Positions 50,811 through 64,000 of a stretch of DNA of 64,000 nucleotides are shown here, one piece after another (position 1 is the stretch's first letter; every line of letters begins with the position of its first letter). A program made the translations under genes and the position numbers. Source of the DNA: Octopus bimaculoides (lineage: Eukaryota). The stretch covers positions 125,416,944 through 125,480,943 of the forward strand of contig NC_068985.1 in the NCBI RefSeq assembly GCF_001194135.2, read 5' to 3'. Under the pieces are notes generated by a model. It searched no databases. It worked only from the letters and a program-made list of their open reading frames with translations, and was not told where the DNA came from.

Positions 50811-51509
50811 NNNNNNNNNNNNNNNNNNNNNNNNNNNNNNNNNNNNNNNNNNNNNNNNNNNNNNNNNNNNNNNNNNNNNNNNNNNNNNNNNNNNNNNNNN
50901 NNNNNNNNNNNNNNNNNNNNNNNNNNNNNNNNNNNNNNNNNNNNNNNNNNNNNNNNNNNNNNNNNNNNNNNNNNNNNNNNNNNNNNNNNNNNNNNNNNNN
51001 NNNNNNNNNNNNNNNNNNNNNNNNNNNNNNNNNNNNNNNNNNNNNNNNNNNNNNNNNNNNNNNNNNNNNNNNNNNNNNNNNNNNNNNNNNNNNNNNNNNN
51101 NNNNNNNNNNNNNNNNNNNNNNNNNNNNNNNNNNNNNNNNNNNNNNNNNNNNNNNNNNNNNNNNNNNNNNNNNNNNNNNNNNNNNNNNNNNNNNNNNNNN
51201 NNNNNNNNNNNNNNNNNNNNNNNNNNNNNNNNNNNNNNNNNNNNNNNNNNNNNNNNNNNNNNNNNNNNNNNNNNNNNNNNNNNNNNNNNNNNNNNNNNNN
51301 NNNNNNNNNNNNNNNNNNNNNNNNNNNNNNNNNNNNNNNNNNNNNNNNNNNNNNNNNNNNNNNNNNNNNNNNNNNNNNNNNNNNNNNNNNNNNNNNNNNN
51401 NNNNNNNNNNNGTGTCTGGTGTTTACTGTGATTAATGGCTGAAATTACAGCTGTTGTATGTTGATGTTTAACTCCAGGTATGTTCTGGTCCAGCAGACTT
51501 CTAATAACG

Positions 51510-52040
51510 GTTTCATATGTTGGCACAAGGCCAGTAATTTTAGGGGATGGGGTTAGACGATTATGGCGAAAATGAATTTCTTGTTCATGATTACCATACA
51601 AAACTACATCAACACACCAAATATAAAATCGGTTGGAAAAAAAAATTGAAAAGACTGAAAAGTGGTAGCTAAATAGAAAAGATCCCTCAACTGTTACTTA
51701 TTTTGTCGACCCCAAAAGGATGAAAAGCACAGTCGTTCACGGCGGAGTTTAAACCCAGAACGTAAAAACGTACGAATCGCTGCTCAGCATTTCGTCCAAA
51801 TTGCTAACGAGTCTGCCAGCTCGCTGCCTTCAGCATATCTTTAATAATGGTTTCAAATTTCGGAACAAGGCCAGCAATTTTGGGGGAACGAATAAGTGGA
51901 TCACTTATTTTGTCGATCCTAAAAGGACGAAAGGCGAAGTCAATCTCGTAGGAATTTGATCTCAGAACACAAAGACAGACGAAATGCTGCTAAGTATTTT
52001 GTCCGGCGTGTTAACGGCTCTGCCAGCTCACCGCCCTGAG
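51510..52040 (-). mobile_element. Cluster of two to three family D SINE fragments
   Basis: Repeated ggcacaaggccag / ttttgtcgacccc..aaggatgaaa / gccagctcgc motifs. Confidence 0.8.
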
Positions 52041-52521
52041 CATTTCTATAGTAATCAAAGTTATTCAAACCGTGACTATACTGACCATTTTTGATCTACG
52101 TGCATGAATTTCTAGATCCACATTATCTAATGCGATACTATCTAAGAAGACGCTGTGTGATTTGAACGTGTTTTGAGTACAATTTCTAGCGAGCTGAATG
52201 AATTACCACCTACAGGCTCGTTCCCATGACCGAATGGTAATAGTGCTGGTAGTTGTGGTAGTGTCTTAGCGTGCTGGTGGCAGTTGTTGATTAATGATAG
52301 TGGAAGTAGTGGAAGAGCGATAGTGGTACAGGCTGGAGAATAGTAGTGACTGATTGTTGAATGGTAGTTGCAGTGGTTTTTGAGGGCTGGGGCTTGAGGT
52401 CGAGGTTGGTGTATGAATGAATTTCGGTCGCTCTTTTTGATATTTTAGCTATTTGTTTTGTCTTTCTTTTATTTTAGTTGGGTTTGAGGTCAGAGGTCAG
52501 AGGTCAGAAGTTATAATTGTA

Positions 52522-52568
<47 letters not shown>

Positions 52569-53724
52569 NNNNNNNNNNNNNNNNNNNNNNNNNNNNNNNN
52601 NNNNNNNNNNNNNNNNNNNNNNNNNNNNNNNNNNNNNNNNNNNNNNNNNNNNNNNNNNNNNNNNNNNNNNNNNNNNNNNNNNNNNNNNNNNNNNNNNNNN
52701 NNNNNNNNNNNNNNNNNNNNNNNNNNNNNNNNNNNNNNNNNNNNNNNNNNNNNNNNNNNNNNNNNNNNNNNNNNNNNNNNNNNNNNNNNNNNNNNNNNNN
52801 NNNNNNNNNNNNNNNNNNNNNNNNNNNNNNNNNNNNNNNNNNNNNNNNNNNNNNNNNNNNNNNNNNNNNNNNNNNNNNNNNNNNNNNNNNNNNNNNNNNN
52901 NNNNNNNNNNNNNNNNNNNNNNNNNNNNNNNNNNNNNNNNNNNNNNNNNNNNNNNNNNNNNNNNNNNNNNNNNNNNNNNNNNNNNNNNNNNNNNNNNNNN
53001 NNNNNNNNNNNNNNNNNNNNNNNNNNNNNNNNNNNNNNNNNNNNNNNNNNNNNNNNNNNNNNNNNNNNNNNNNNNNNNNNNNNNNNNNNNNNNNNNNNNN
53101 NNNNNNNNNNNNNNNNNNNNNNNNNNNNNNNNNNNNNNNNNNNNNNNNNNNNNNNNNNNNNNNNNNNNNNNNNNNNNNNNNNNNNNNNNNNNNNNNNNNN
53201 NNNNNNNNNNNNNNNNNNNNNNNNNNNNNNNNNNNNNNNNNNNNNNNNNNNNNNNNNNNNNNNNNNNNNNNNNNNNNNNNNNNNNNNNNNNNNNNNNNNN
53301 NNNNNNNNNNNNNNNNNNNNNNNNNNNNNNNNNNNNNNNNNNNNNNNNNNNNNNNNNNNNNNNNNNNNNNNNNNNNNNNNNNNNNNNNNNNNNNNNNNNN
53401 NNNNNNNNNNNNNNNNNNNNNNNNNNNNNNNNNNNNNNNNNNNNNNNNNNNNNNNNNNNNNNNNNNNNNNNNNNNNNNGTGGTGGTGTTGGTAGTAGTAC
53501 TGACTGTGATGGCAGTAGTGTAGGTGGTTGTAGCGACGGTGGTGGTGATAAGAGTGCTGCTAGTGACCGTTGTGGAAGCGGCGGAGGTGGTGGTCGTGGC
53601 GGTGAAGGCTGATATTTGCAGTGCCTGGTGACGGTGGAAGCAGGTGTACTGCTGGTAGTCGTTGTGGTGACAGCGGGGTGGGGTAGAGTAGAAGCAGTAA
53701 TACTGGTGGTGGTGGTGGGTAGCA

Positions 53725-53910
53725 GTGCGAGTGGTCAGAATTGTTAGCCCGCCGGGTGAAATGCTTAACTGCATGTCGTCTGTCTTTATGTTCTGAGTTC
53801 AAATTCCGCCGAGGTCGACTTTGCCTTTCATCATTTCGAAGGCGATACATTAAGCACCAGTGAAGTCCCCCCCACCCCACCACAAATTTCAGGCCTTGTG
53901 CCTTTAGTAG
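53725..53910 (+). mobile_element. SINE family D
   Basis: gttctgagttcaaattccgccgaggtcgactttgcctttcatc. Confidence 0.9.
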
Positions 53911-54237
53911 TAGTGTTGATGGAATATTTCACCGTATTGTACAGATGATATGTTGCTCACGACAGTGTTGGAGAGAATAAAGTGTGAAAATTTGAGTCGA
54001 ACCCAAAAATCAAGGTCTGTCTTGTGACCTTTGACTTATGATTGATCTCTGTGTTACTCCAATTTTCATAACAGTTTATCTTGCGCAGAGAGACCATAGT
54101 GGGTAGTAATATTGAAGGTGAGACCTGGTAAACGTAAAGAGAAGAATGATGGTATCAGAATCACAGAACTAGAAAGTTCTAACGATCCATGAGCACACTC
54201 TGCAGATCATATCGACTTTTTTGTCTTCCGTCGCTAA

Positions 54238-54291
<54 letters not shown>

Positions 54292-54296
<5 letters not shown>

Positions 54297-54505
54297 TTTT
54301 TATCATTTTAAACCATTAATCCCGACATGTTTTCTCGTTTTGTTTTTTCTTTCTCTGGACTTTGTTTCCTTTTCTGACAAAGAGCTATACTCGAAACGTC
54401 AAAAACCCTTTCTTTTTACCGAGCGTTAGACTAATACATTCCATGTGCACGTCTTCTCGTTGTTTTGTTACTGTTATTTTTAATATTAGTTTATTCACTT
54501 TGATT
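54292..54505 (+). mobile_element. PLE-like repeat family C with G8A-mutant hammerhead (54370-54404)
   Basis: UUUU-CUGACAA-A-GAG(CUAUA)CUC-GAAAC-GU-C-AAAA; preceded by (TA)n. Confidence 0.8.
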
Positions 54506-54636
54506 ACACACACAGGCACATGCACACACACATGCACACGCACACATACATACATGCATACATACATACATACATACATACATACATACATACATACATA
54601 CATACATACATACATACATTCATACATTCGTACATA

Positions 54637-55143
54637 CAACTGTGCACAGATGTGGAAATTAGCTGCCCAGCGGATGTTAAAATAAAGCTGAAGATCATAG
54701 AAAAAGCGAACACCTATGCTGAACTATTGAGAAATTTGGTGTTACTCTATTCAGATTACAAGTTCAGGTTAATATCAGTAATCATTGGGGCCCTGGGACA
54801 TGTAACACACTGCCTAAATACCAATCTTGATAAATTAGGCTTCTCAGAACAAGAAAGGAGAAAGCTGATTCGAAGACTACAGATCCAATCCATCACTGGA
54901 ACTGTAAAAATCTGTAAAACCTTCCAGAAGTTTATCATTTAGATATATATGAGCACGTCAAGATATGCACGAGAATACATACATAAATAATACAAACCTG
55001 CACATACATGCATACATACAAACAAAAATACTCTGTTGTTGATGTTGAAATTCCAATGAAGGCGCCTTGGATCTAGGTTACAAACCGGTTCTTCCTCTAT
55101 TGGCAAGAAATGGCAAATGTCTTGAAATAAACTGAATAATGAC
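54637..55143 (+). mobile_element. R4/Dong-like non-LTR retrotransposon 3' end: REL endonuclease C-terminus (open to the stop at 54942) plus 3' UTR
   Basis: VEISCPADVKIKLKIIEKANTYAELLRNL..VIIGALGHV..LDKLGF..LQIQSITGTVKICK fits the D-(E/D)xK / IIGALG REL pattern. Confidence 0.85.
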
Positions 55144-55399
55144 ACACACACACACACACACGCACGCACGTACACACACACGTACACGCACATGATATGG
55201 TATGATATGAGCGACAGAACAATTACAAGAAAAATGAGTCAATTTTTTCGACCAAAGCCTTCAATGCCGTCTTCCACTGCGGCCGTCGTTCAATGATTGA
55301 AACAAGTAAAAGATCAGAAAAGTTCTTTTGCTTGACTCGTTTTCACCGTTTATCGTGATTTGTACATCTTACACTTAGAGTAAAACTTCTCTCCTTTCT

Positions 55400-55984
55400 G
55401 TGATTCCTTTATCTAAAATAGACAGATTTTGTCAGCAAGATCGGAGTAGACATTTTGCAATGCTTGTGACACGATATGTACGTTGCATTAGAACTCTCCA
55501 TTGAAGGTCTAGTCGCGGTGGGAGGGTGAATTCTTTGTGCGCAGTACCACATTTCCGGGTATGACGCTAGTGGCAGGTCTTCCAGATCGCCGATTGTCTT
55601 CCAGATCGCCGATTGTCTTCCAGGGCCGTTCTTCCGCTTTTGAAGAGACCGTGTCACTCGAAACATTGCGTACGATCCATTGCTTTGTTGCCGTAAGCTT
55701 ACCGAGGCATGCTCAATGCCTCTGTAGCAGACTTCCTAAGTTTAACGCAAAATTTCACGTTGGCTTTTTGTTCCAACTTCCTGTCCATGACAAAATCGCA
55801 GATTACAGCATACACGTGATCACAAAAACACAAATTTCGCTATTTCCAAATTAAACACTGCAATGTCACTCGGAACACTGTCTCATGAAGGTCACTGCTA
55901 GCTCTCAATGCGCACGTAACCGTGTGGTGGTATCTGTTGCCGCGCTACCGAACAAGTCCGGGAACTTTTTGATACAACCTCGTA
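55400..55984 (-). mobile_element. mariner 5' half with left TIR, same TIR family as 20800-21187
   Basis: ATG at 55788: MDRKLEQKANVKFCVKLRKSATEALSM..AYGNKAMDRTQCFE*HGLFKSGRTALED; 19-bp internal tandem duplication 55577-55614. Confidence 0.9.
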
Positions 55985-58244
55985 AGTATTGACTATGTTT
56001 GGGAAATAGCTCTTCACATCTATCCGTTAAGTGTGGCTCTTCTATGACATTAAAATATTTGGTACGGCTATTTTGTTAAGAACTTTCCTCGTATTACGAA
56101 ATGTTATGATACTCGAAACTGCTATATGTAAGGAATTTTCTGTCATCGCCTTACATTGTTGAAAGAGGTTTAGTTACAATAAGTAACGAACAATAAAAAG
56201 TGACTTTGCTAAACAGAGCAGCTTTTAATGGGAAGTTTTCATAATATTTTCTCATATTCATGAATTTCACATAATAGAACATATGTTTTGATGATTAGCA
56301 CAATTTTGTAAAACTATCGGCAACACGAGAAATTTAAGAAGAAAGAAATCGTTAGTTTGAAATCTAAGACATAAAATAGTTGATTATTTAACTGCCGTAT
56401 GTTTAAATTGAACACGTTTTGGGAGTTTTTAGACGTAAATGTTCTTAATAGTGAAATGCTAATTGAAAAACGAAAAGAATTGCTCTTTCGGTGATGCAAT
56501 TCCACAATACAAACATGGGTTGAAGATTAAAATAACAAGAGGGGGAGAGAAAGAGCGAGAGAGAGGGGCGGAGAGGTCCAGAGAGAGGGAAGAGAGAGGG
56601 AGAAGAGGGAGGGAGAAGAGAGAGGGAGAAAGAGCTACGTTGAGCATACAACATCTGTAATTCCATTACATAACCAGACGAAATATTTCTTTAACTGTGC
56701 TCTGTACCTATGTGTCTGCAAACGTATTTCTGAAACGATCTGCTTTCGTGTCACTGACTTCTTTCACGTATTACACAATGTTTGAGAGATGTCGTTGAAT
56801 AGGGCTGGACTGTGTATTGAACGTCCATTTTAGTGAGTATAAAAGCAGAATAAAATGAATAATACAAAATAGGCGTCTTATATTTTTATCAAAAGAGATT
56901 GTTTCGTATCACTGCGACGTTACTAAACGATTCTGGACGTCCTAGCTTCAATAATTTCGGAAATACCAGAGTAAGTCTTTCAAACAGCCAAGCAAACAAA
57001 CAAACTGGATTAACAATGAAGACACCAAACGTCTTCGTGGTTGAATACAGCGGATGGAAAAAAGAGGTACAACAGAGTTACTGTTGATATTTATTTAGCT
57101 TCAGGTCAACCACGATCGTACAGGCTTATTGTAAAAGGCATTCCAGCCGTGTCTGTCTCATATTTTTAAGGGTATGCAGAGGTTCACTATCAAGACGGTA
57201 GCGGCACCTTGGGGGGGGGGGCGTTGTGAGCCGACAAAGGAGCAGTAAATTTCAGAAAGGTGCTAGGTGTTTAGAGTGAATCGTGATCTTTGTTAGAATT
57301 AAAAGTATTTAAATCAAGCACNNNNNNNNNNCTTATTTAAACACATTTAAATACATTTTCAATAATTTTTTGTTGCGATTAAAATATGAATGGTAGATGG
57401 GTTTTTTCAGTCAGTAGAAACATGGCTGCTGCTGCTGCTGATGATGATGATGATGTTGCTGATGACGATGATGATGATGCAATAAGATTCAATATAATTT
57501 TGTATATAAATCATCGCCCTCCTTCAAGTTCCATATAAATTTAACATAGTCTGCGTAAATATCTAAAAGCAGGCACATACTGGAAGAGATAATATAAGAA
57601 ATGTATAATAAACCGCTGAGCAAAAATAGGTTCTATCTGCTTAAAAATACTGCTCTTTTCTTTCTTTGTTTCTTTCTTTCCTTTTTTCTTTCTTTCTTTC
57701 TTTCTTTCTACTTTAGCAAAACATGTAAAGGAGGAGTTTATAAAACGCAATTCGGTAAAATGGTGGTGCTGAATTATATAAGAAGTTTGATAACTACAAA
57801 TCTAATATGTTCACTAAACATATATATACAATATATATATGATAGTAGGTGTAATTTGGAGGACATTTGACAGCTGTTTTAGAAAGGTGAGTGACTAAGT
57901 TGAGGCTTTCTCTATGGTGGTCATTCGATTCGTTCGTCTGTCGCATCCACTGGCATGAAGTAGTCGCGGCCCTATACTCCTAACGGAGTAATGTGAACTA
58001 ACACCTTTCCTCATAACGTGTGTTCTTGTACCTGCCAGAATCGTTGGCATGTCAGACAAACTGCATTGCAATGCTTTTTCTGTTTTTTTTTAATTTCGTG
58101 CACAAAAAAAAACCGCGAGCTCATCTTTTCCTGTTACCTTTCCGGAGTCGGTAAATAAAATACCAGGTACACACAGGGATCAATTTCATTGATTCACCTG
58201 TCTCTCAGGTGAACATCTAGCATTGTACTTAAATTACAAATTGC

Positions 58245-58485
58245 AAAGGCGGTGGAGTGGTCGAATCTTTAGAGCAGCGTAGAAAAAGGCTTTGTGGTAT
58301 TTGTTGTCGCTATTGACGTTCTGAGTTCAAATACTGCCGAGGTTCTCTTGACTTTTTTCATCCTCTCGGAGTTAATAAAAGAAATTACCGCTGAAGTGCA
58401 GATGGTAATTTTGTTAATAGAATAATAACGCTTTGCCTCCACCAAAATTGCTGGCCTTGTGCCTTAATTAGAAATTATCATTAAA
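58245..58485 (+). mobile_element. SINE family D
   Basis: aaggcggtggagtggtcgaatc..gttctgagttcaaatactgccgagg..ggccttgtgcc. Confidence 0.8.
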
Positions 58486-58655
58486 ACCACGAGTAGTAAC
58501 ATCAAAAACAACAATCTCATCGTCCGTCATCATCTTCATCATCATCTACTCCACCACGAATGCAACTATTGATAGCTAATGCCATCGTATTCGGCTAGAA
58601 ACAACGATCGCTTCCACGAAAATGCATGACGTCTTTTTACCACGATGCCAAACAC

Positions 58656-58697
<42 letters not shown>

Positions 58698-59244
58698 GTC
58701 GTTATTCTATGACTTAACCTCAGTTTAATTACTGCCAAGACCATCATCAAAGCGATGACGTTTAGTGGCACGATTGCAATCCTAGCAGCCGATATGACAC
58801 GATAAGAGACGCTCACACTCACTCACATCGCACAACATATACACTCGGACACAGACTTAAACACAATGATATACGCATGCAACGCGCGCGCGCGCACGCA
58901 CACACACAGAACGAGCACCACACACATACAAACACATAACACAGAACGGGCACCACATACACAAACACATAACATATACGCACACATACGCATAACGCAC
59001 ACGTTCGGGCCTACCACTGTCATACAGGTGCATAAACACAAGGAAAGACTGAGACACTCGAACATATATATACACAAAAGACCTACTCATCCACATCTAC
59101 ATATGATAACACTGAAGAATTGATGCCTATGCATACACACGCACACAAATGCACACACACAGATGCATATATGAATTCACAAACACATGCATATATACAT
59201 TGATACATACGCGCGCGTACACACATACACACATAGATATACAA

Positions 59245-59404
59245 ACATGGCTGTGTGGTTAAGATGCTCACTTTTCAAAGACGTGGTTTCGGCTTCAGTC
59301 CCATTGTGAGGCATCTTGGGTCGGTGTCCTCTACTATAGCCCCGAATGTACCAATTTTTTCTAAATTTTGGTAGACGAAAACTGTGTGGAAGCCAGTCGT
59401 GTAT

Positions 59405-59476
<72 letters not shown>

Positions 59477-60045
59477 GTAACATGTGGTATAATTATAAAC
59501 AGGGCAAATTTTAGCCATTTCTCCGCAGACTGAGAAAATGATGAACGTCCTTAATCAATTTTCGAACTTCATTGGCTTCTCATCGGAGGCGTCCACATCA
59601 TTTTGACAAGCTCTAGAGAAACAAGCAGCCAAACTGTTTATATACTCAATAAATGCACCAGTTACTCTATGAAGGAGCCCCTAATTTGATATTATGTGTG
59701 TGCTCAAGTGCGTGTGTGTTTATGTTTTTATGTATGTACGAATGTCTGTATGTATATATGCATGTATGTGTGTGTGTATGTGTAAATGTATGTATGTTTT
59801 TTTTCTGTACGCGTGTGTATGTATTTTGCGTTTGTGCTTGTCCACTACCATCACCTGACAACCGGTGATAGTTTGTTTACGTTTCTATAACTTAGCGGTT
59901 CATCTAGAAAGATGTCGATAGAATAAGTACCAGACTTCAAAAAAATAAGTACTGGAGCCGATCAGCTCCACTAAACCCTTCAATGCGGTGCCCCAGCATG
60001 GACACAGTCCACTCATTGAAAGAATAAGGAAATAAAAGATAGAAG
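59245..60045 (+). mobile_element. SINE family A split by an expanded internal linker (head 59245-59400, tail 59830-60045)
   Basis: Collinear halves separated by microsatellites and about 200 bp of other sequence. Confidence 0.7.
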
Positions 60046-60394
60046 ATAAGCATATTTTTATTGATAGTTACAACCCGCCGACCTGTTTAACATTATTGTC
60101 CGATCCTTAGGTACTTTCAGAGAAGTTAAACTCTGCTGCAAATAAGGGGAACGAGCCCCTATTCCACCATGCTTCCCATGCTACGTATATTTTCTCTGCA
60201 GACAACCTAATCAATCTTACCAGACGGAGATGACCTTCGTTGCTACACGAGACTGAAAATATAACAGGGGAGCCCTGGGAAGTGTTTACACATCTTTTAT
60301 AAATGACTTACGTCTGTGGAATGGGCTCGTGCTAAGATGCAAATATGATGATAATATAATGAGCCAAATATGCTGTTAATATAACAAGCCAGTT

Positions 60395-60615
60395 TAAGGC
60401 GGTGAGCTGGCGGAATTGTTAGCACACTGGGCGAAATGTTTAGCAGTATTTCGTCCGTTTTTACATTCTAGATTCAAGTTCCGCTGAGGTCGACTTTACC
60501 TTTCATCTTTTCGGGGCCGATAAAAGTAAGCACCAGTCGAGCACTGGGGTCGATGTAATTGACTAACCCCCCCACCCGGAAATTGCTGGTCTTGTGCTAA
60601 AATTTGAAACCCTTA
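60395..60615 (+). mobile_element. SINE family D, full length
   Basis: aaggcggtgagctggcggaattgttagcac..gaggtcgactttacctttcatc..aaattgctggtcttgtgc. Confidence 0.9.
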
Positions 60616-60629
60616 TAACTAGGGAGTAG

Positions 60630-60945
60630 TTATTCATTTACTTGTTTCAGTCATTTGACTGCGGCCATTTTGGAACACCACCTTTAGTCGAACAAATCGA
60701 CCCCAGGACTTATTCTTTGTAAATCTAGTACTTATTCTACCGGTTTCTATTGCCGAACCGCTAAGTTACGGGGATGTAAACACACCAACATCGGGCTTCT
60801 TTCAGTTTTCGTCTACATGATCCACTCACAAGGCTTCAGTCAGCCCGAGGCCATAGCAGAAGACACTTGCCCAAGGTGACATGCAGTGAGACTGAAACCG
60901 GAACCATGTGGTTGGTAAGCAAGCTATTTACCACTTAGCCACTCC
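60630..60945 (-). mobile_element. SINE family A with internal deletion
   Basis: Tail 60630-60790 joined directly to head 60791-60945. Confidence 0.9.
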
Positions 60946-61970
60946 AGGATGGTCACACCAAGGGTAACTAATCGTCAATCTGATCAGTGAGCGCTGATCT
61001 TGGAGCAAGCGTCAACAATAAAAGCTACTTATATAATTATATCTGTACTAATCCAGGAAAGCGGATTAACAGAATTGTCAGAATAAAGGGCTGGCAGCCA
61101 TGCGGTATTTTTCCGGCTCTTTGTGAGCTGCATTGAAATATCGCCATGACAAAGTCGGGTGGTAAACTTAAACTGTCGGCCGGCTTAACACCGCCAGCTG
61201 ACATCTTGATTGCCTTTGAGACAAGATCCATTCTGTTGCGGGCTTTCGGATCAAGTCCCCTGTTTTCAGATACCTGAAAATACGCGAGGACGAAAACATA
61301 AATGACACATATGAAACAATTTCAGATGCTCTGAAAAGAATTATAGTAAGTACTTTCATCGCCTGATAAAAGAACAATAAAACATGTACGGCAAGTTTTT
61401 CAAACACTCTAAGTATGAACATGTATTTTCTAAAGCTTTTCATTGTATTTTTGAAAACCTGTAGCGAGACTAAATACCTCTTGCAATGCATCGCTTAGGA
61501 ACCGCTCTACTATATCTATTGAAGTAAAGATTATTGAGCTAATGATGTATTCTCTTAAGTTTCTAGTGCTCACCACAATAAATATGTTAAGGCTAACTTA
61601 ACTGTTGTTTTGTCAAGCGGATAGCGTCTCTGAGCACTTAACCTCAGTGTTTTTCTTTTCTTAAAGATAAACTATCAGTAGATATCGTATTACAAGAGTT
61701 CTACTTTGGTGACAAAATAACTGCTATGTATAACCTTGACAACATTATTAATTTTCAGAAGACAAACGCAGACGCAGACAACATAAAGTGAGAGAGATAG
61801 ACTGATAAATATATGGATAGCCAGAAAGACAAATAGACAGACGGATAGATAAATAGACAGATAGATAGACAGACGGACAGACAGACAAACAGAGACATAG
61901 ACATAGATGGATATGGAAATAGGCAGGCATTATATATATAGGTATATGTATGAATATATATATATGTATG

Positions 61971-62003
<33 letters not shown>

Positions 62004-62828
62004 ATAGNNNNNNNNNNNNNNNNNNNNNNNNNNNNNNNNNNNNNNNNNNNNNNNNNNNNNNNNNNNNNNNNNNNNNNNNNNNNNNNNNNNNNNNNNNNNN
62101 NNNNNNNNNNNNNNNNNNNNNNNNNNNNNNNNNNNNNNNNNNNNNNNNNNNNNNNNNNNNNNNNNNNNNNNNNNNNNNNNNNNNNNNNNNNNNNNNNNNN
62201 NNNNNNNNNNNNNNNNNNNNNNNNNNNNNNNNNNNNNNNNNNNNNNNNNNNNNNNNNNNNNNNNNNNNNNNNNNNNNNNNNNNNNNNNNNNNNNNNNNNN
62301 NNNNNNNNNNNNNNNNNNNNNNNNNNNNNNNNNNNNNNNNNNNNNNNNNNNNNNNNNNNNNNNNNNNNNNNNNNNNNNNNNNNNNNNNNNNNNNNNNNNN
62401 NNNNNNNNNNNNNNNNNNNNNNNNNNNNNNNNNNNNNNNNNNNNNNNNNNNNNNNNNNNNNNNNNNNNNNNNNNNNNNNNNNNNNNNNNNNNNNNNNNNN
62501 NNNNNNNNNNNNNNNNNNNNNNNNNNNNNNNNNNNNNNNNNNNNNNNNNNNNNNNNNNNNNNNNNNNNNNNNNNNNNNNNNNNNNNNNNNNNNNNNNNNN
62601 NNNNNNNNNNNNNNNNNNNNNNNNNNNNNNNNNNNNNNNNNNNNNNNNNNNNNNNNNNNNNNNNNNNNNNNNNNNNNNNNNNNNNNNNNNNNNNNNNNNN
62701 NNNNNNNNNNNNNNNNNNNNNNNNNNNNNNNNNNNNNNNNNNNNNNNNNNNNNNNNNNNNNNNNNNNNNNNNNNNNNNNNNNNNNNNNNNNNNNNNNNNN
62801 NNNNNNNNNNNNNNNNNNNNATAGGCAT

Positions 62829-62920
<92 letters not shown>

Positions 62921-64000
62921 ATAGATAAATAGATAGATAGATATTAGACAAACGGACACACAGATCATGACGTAGATTGAGCTAAATGAAAACAGAAAGA
63001 AGATTGAGATACTTTCAGTTGCATTTATATTTGTCAATTTGCTTTGACTAAAATCTGTAGCGAAAAATACGTAAAACTTTGCCCTGCATCAGCATCAAAT
63101 TTTATATTCGAGTTGCATGTGCCGTTTGTCGTCTGAATTCCAGTGAGAGATGAGGTGAGGGGTGGTGCGCTTTGGTAATATTAAATGGTCTATCATTTAG
63201 GAAATGTTGCAGCGAACAGACGACGAGGTTCGCACATGCCTGCGTGCATATTTATAGGCAGACAGTCATGTATACATCGAGAGGACGAGCGAGCGAGCGA
63301 GAATGAAAGAGAGAGAGAGAGAGAGAGAGAGAAAGAAAGAGAAAGGGGAGAGGAAAAGAGAGAGAGAGAGAGAGAGAAAGAAAGAAAGAGAAAGGGAAGA
63401 GAGAGAGAGAGAGAGAGANNNNNNNNNNNNNNNNNNNNNNNNNNNNNNNNNNNNNNNNNNNNNNNNNNNNNNNNNNNNNNNNNNNNNNNNNNNNNNNNNN
63501 NNNNNNNNNNNNNNNNNNNNAAGAGAGAGAGAGAGAGAGAGAAAGAAAGAAAGAGAAAGGGAAGAGAGAGAGAGAGAGAGAGAGAGAGGCGGGGAAGGAA
63601 TGTGTGTGCAGCCGTGAACGTTTATGCGTAGACATGAGAGTATGTGCGGATGAGTGGCGGAGCGGTTGACTTGAATGTGTGGATAACTTAGCTTCGCAAC
63701 CATGTGATAGGGGTTAGATCCTAACTACTCAGAATCTTGGACATGTTTCTTCTACCATGGGCTTGGTTCGGCTAATATCGACTCTATCAGTTTCACGTTT
63801 CCAAACTGCGAACAAAATTTAAAGAATGAAATCGAATAACATTAAAAGTATTTTTATAATGAAAAGTGAAAAGTAGTATTTGATTAGAGGTACGTGTAAA
63901 TATAAAACCAATTAAATGAGAACAAATCATTAGATATAAAATAACTAAATAATGACATAATACAATTATATTGATTTCAAATTTTGGTACAAGGCCAGTT

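Overview
Eukaryotic draft-genome scaffold: AT-rich, about 7.4 kb of N gaps, and dense in (TA)n, (CA)n, (CATA)n, (GATA)n, (GA)n and trinucleotide microsatellites. The SINE families match those I remember from Octopus, so the source is probably a coleoid cephalopod (inference). I can support no intact protein-coding gene; nearly all long ORFs in the track are microsatellite or N-gap artefacts. The called sequence is a mosaic of decayed mobile elements: several tRNA-derived SINE families (more than 35 fragments), an RTE LINE with a twin-priming-type inversion, four 3' ends of an R4/Dong-like REL-endonuclease LINE, four mariner transposase remnants, Tc2-, Tigger-, hAT- and mariner-type non-autonomous elements, and Penelope-like (PLE) terminal repeats. 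The main hidden signal is RNA-level. At least eight minimal type I hammerhead-ribozyme motifs from about five repeat families are readable, two with intact catalytic cores. One sits in a tRNA-headed (Pol III) SINE-like element that has a PLE-type tail and an inverted terminal copy. Also present: a 148-nt G-U-biased hairpin in unique sequence, a 418-bp foldback, a 290-bp inverted duplication, a hammerhead+microsatellite+LINE cassette copied into a DNA transposon, and a few low-confidence candidate exons of an unidentified host gene.
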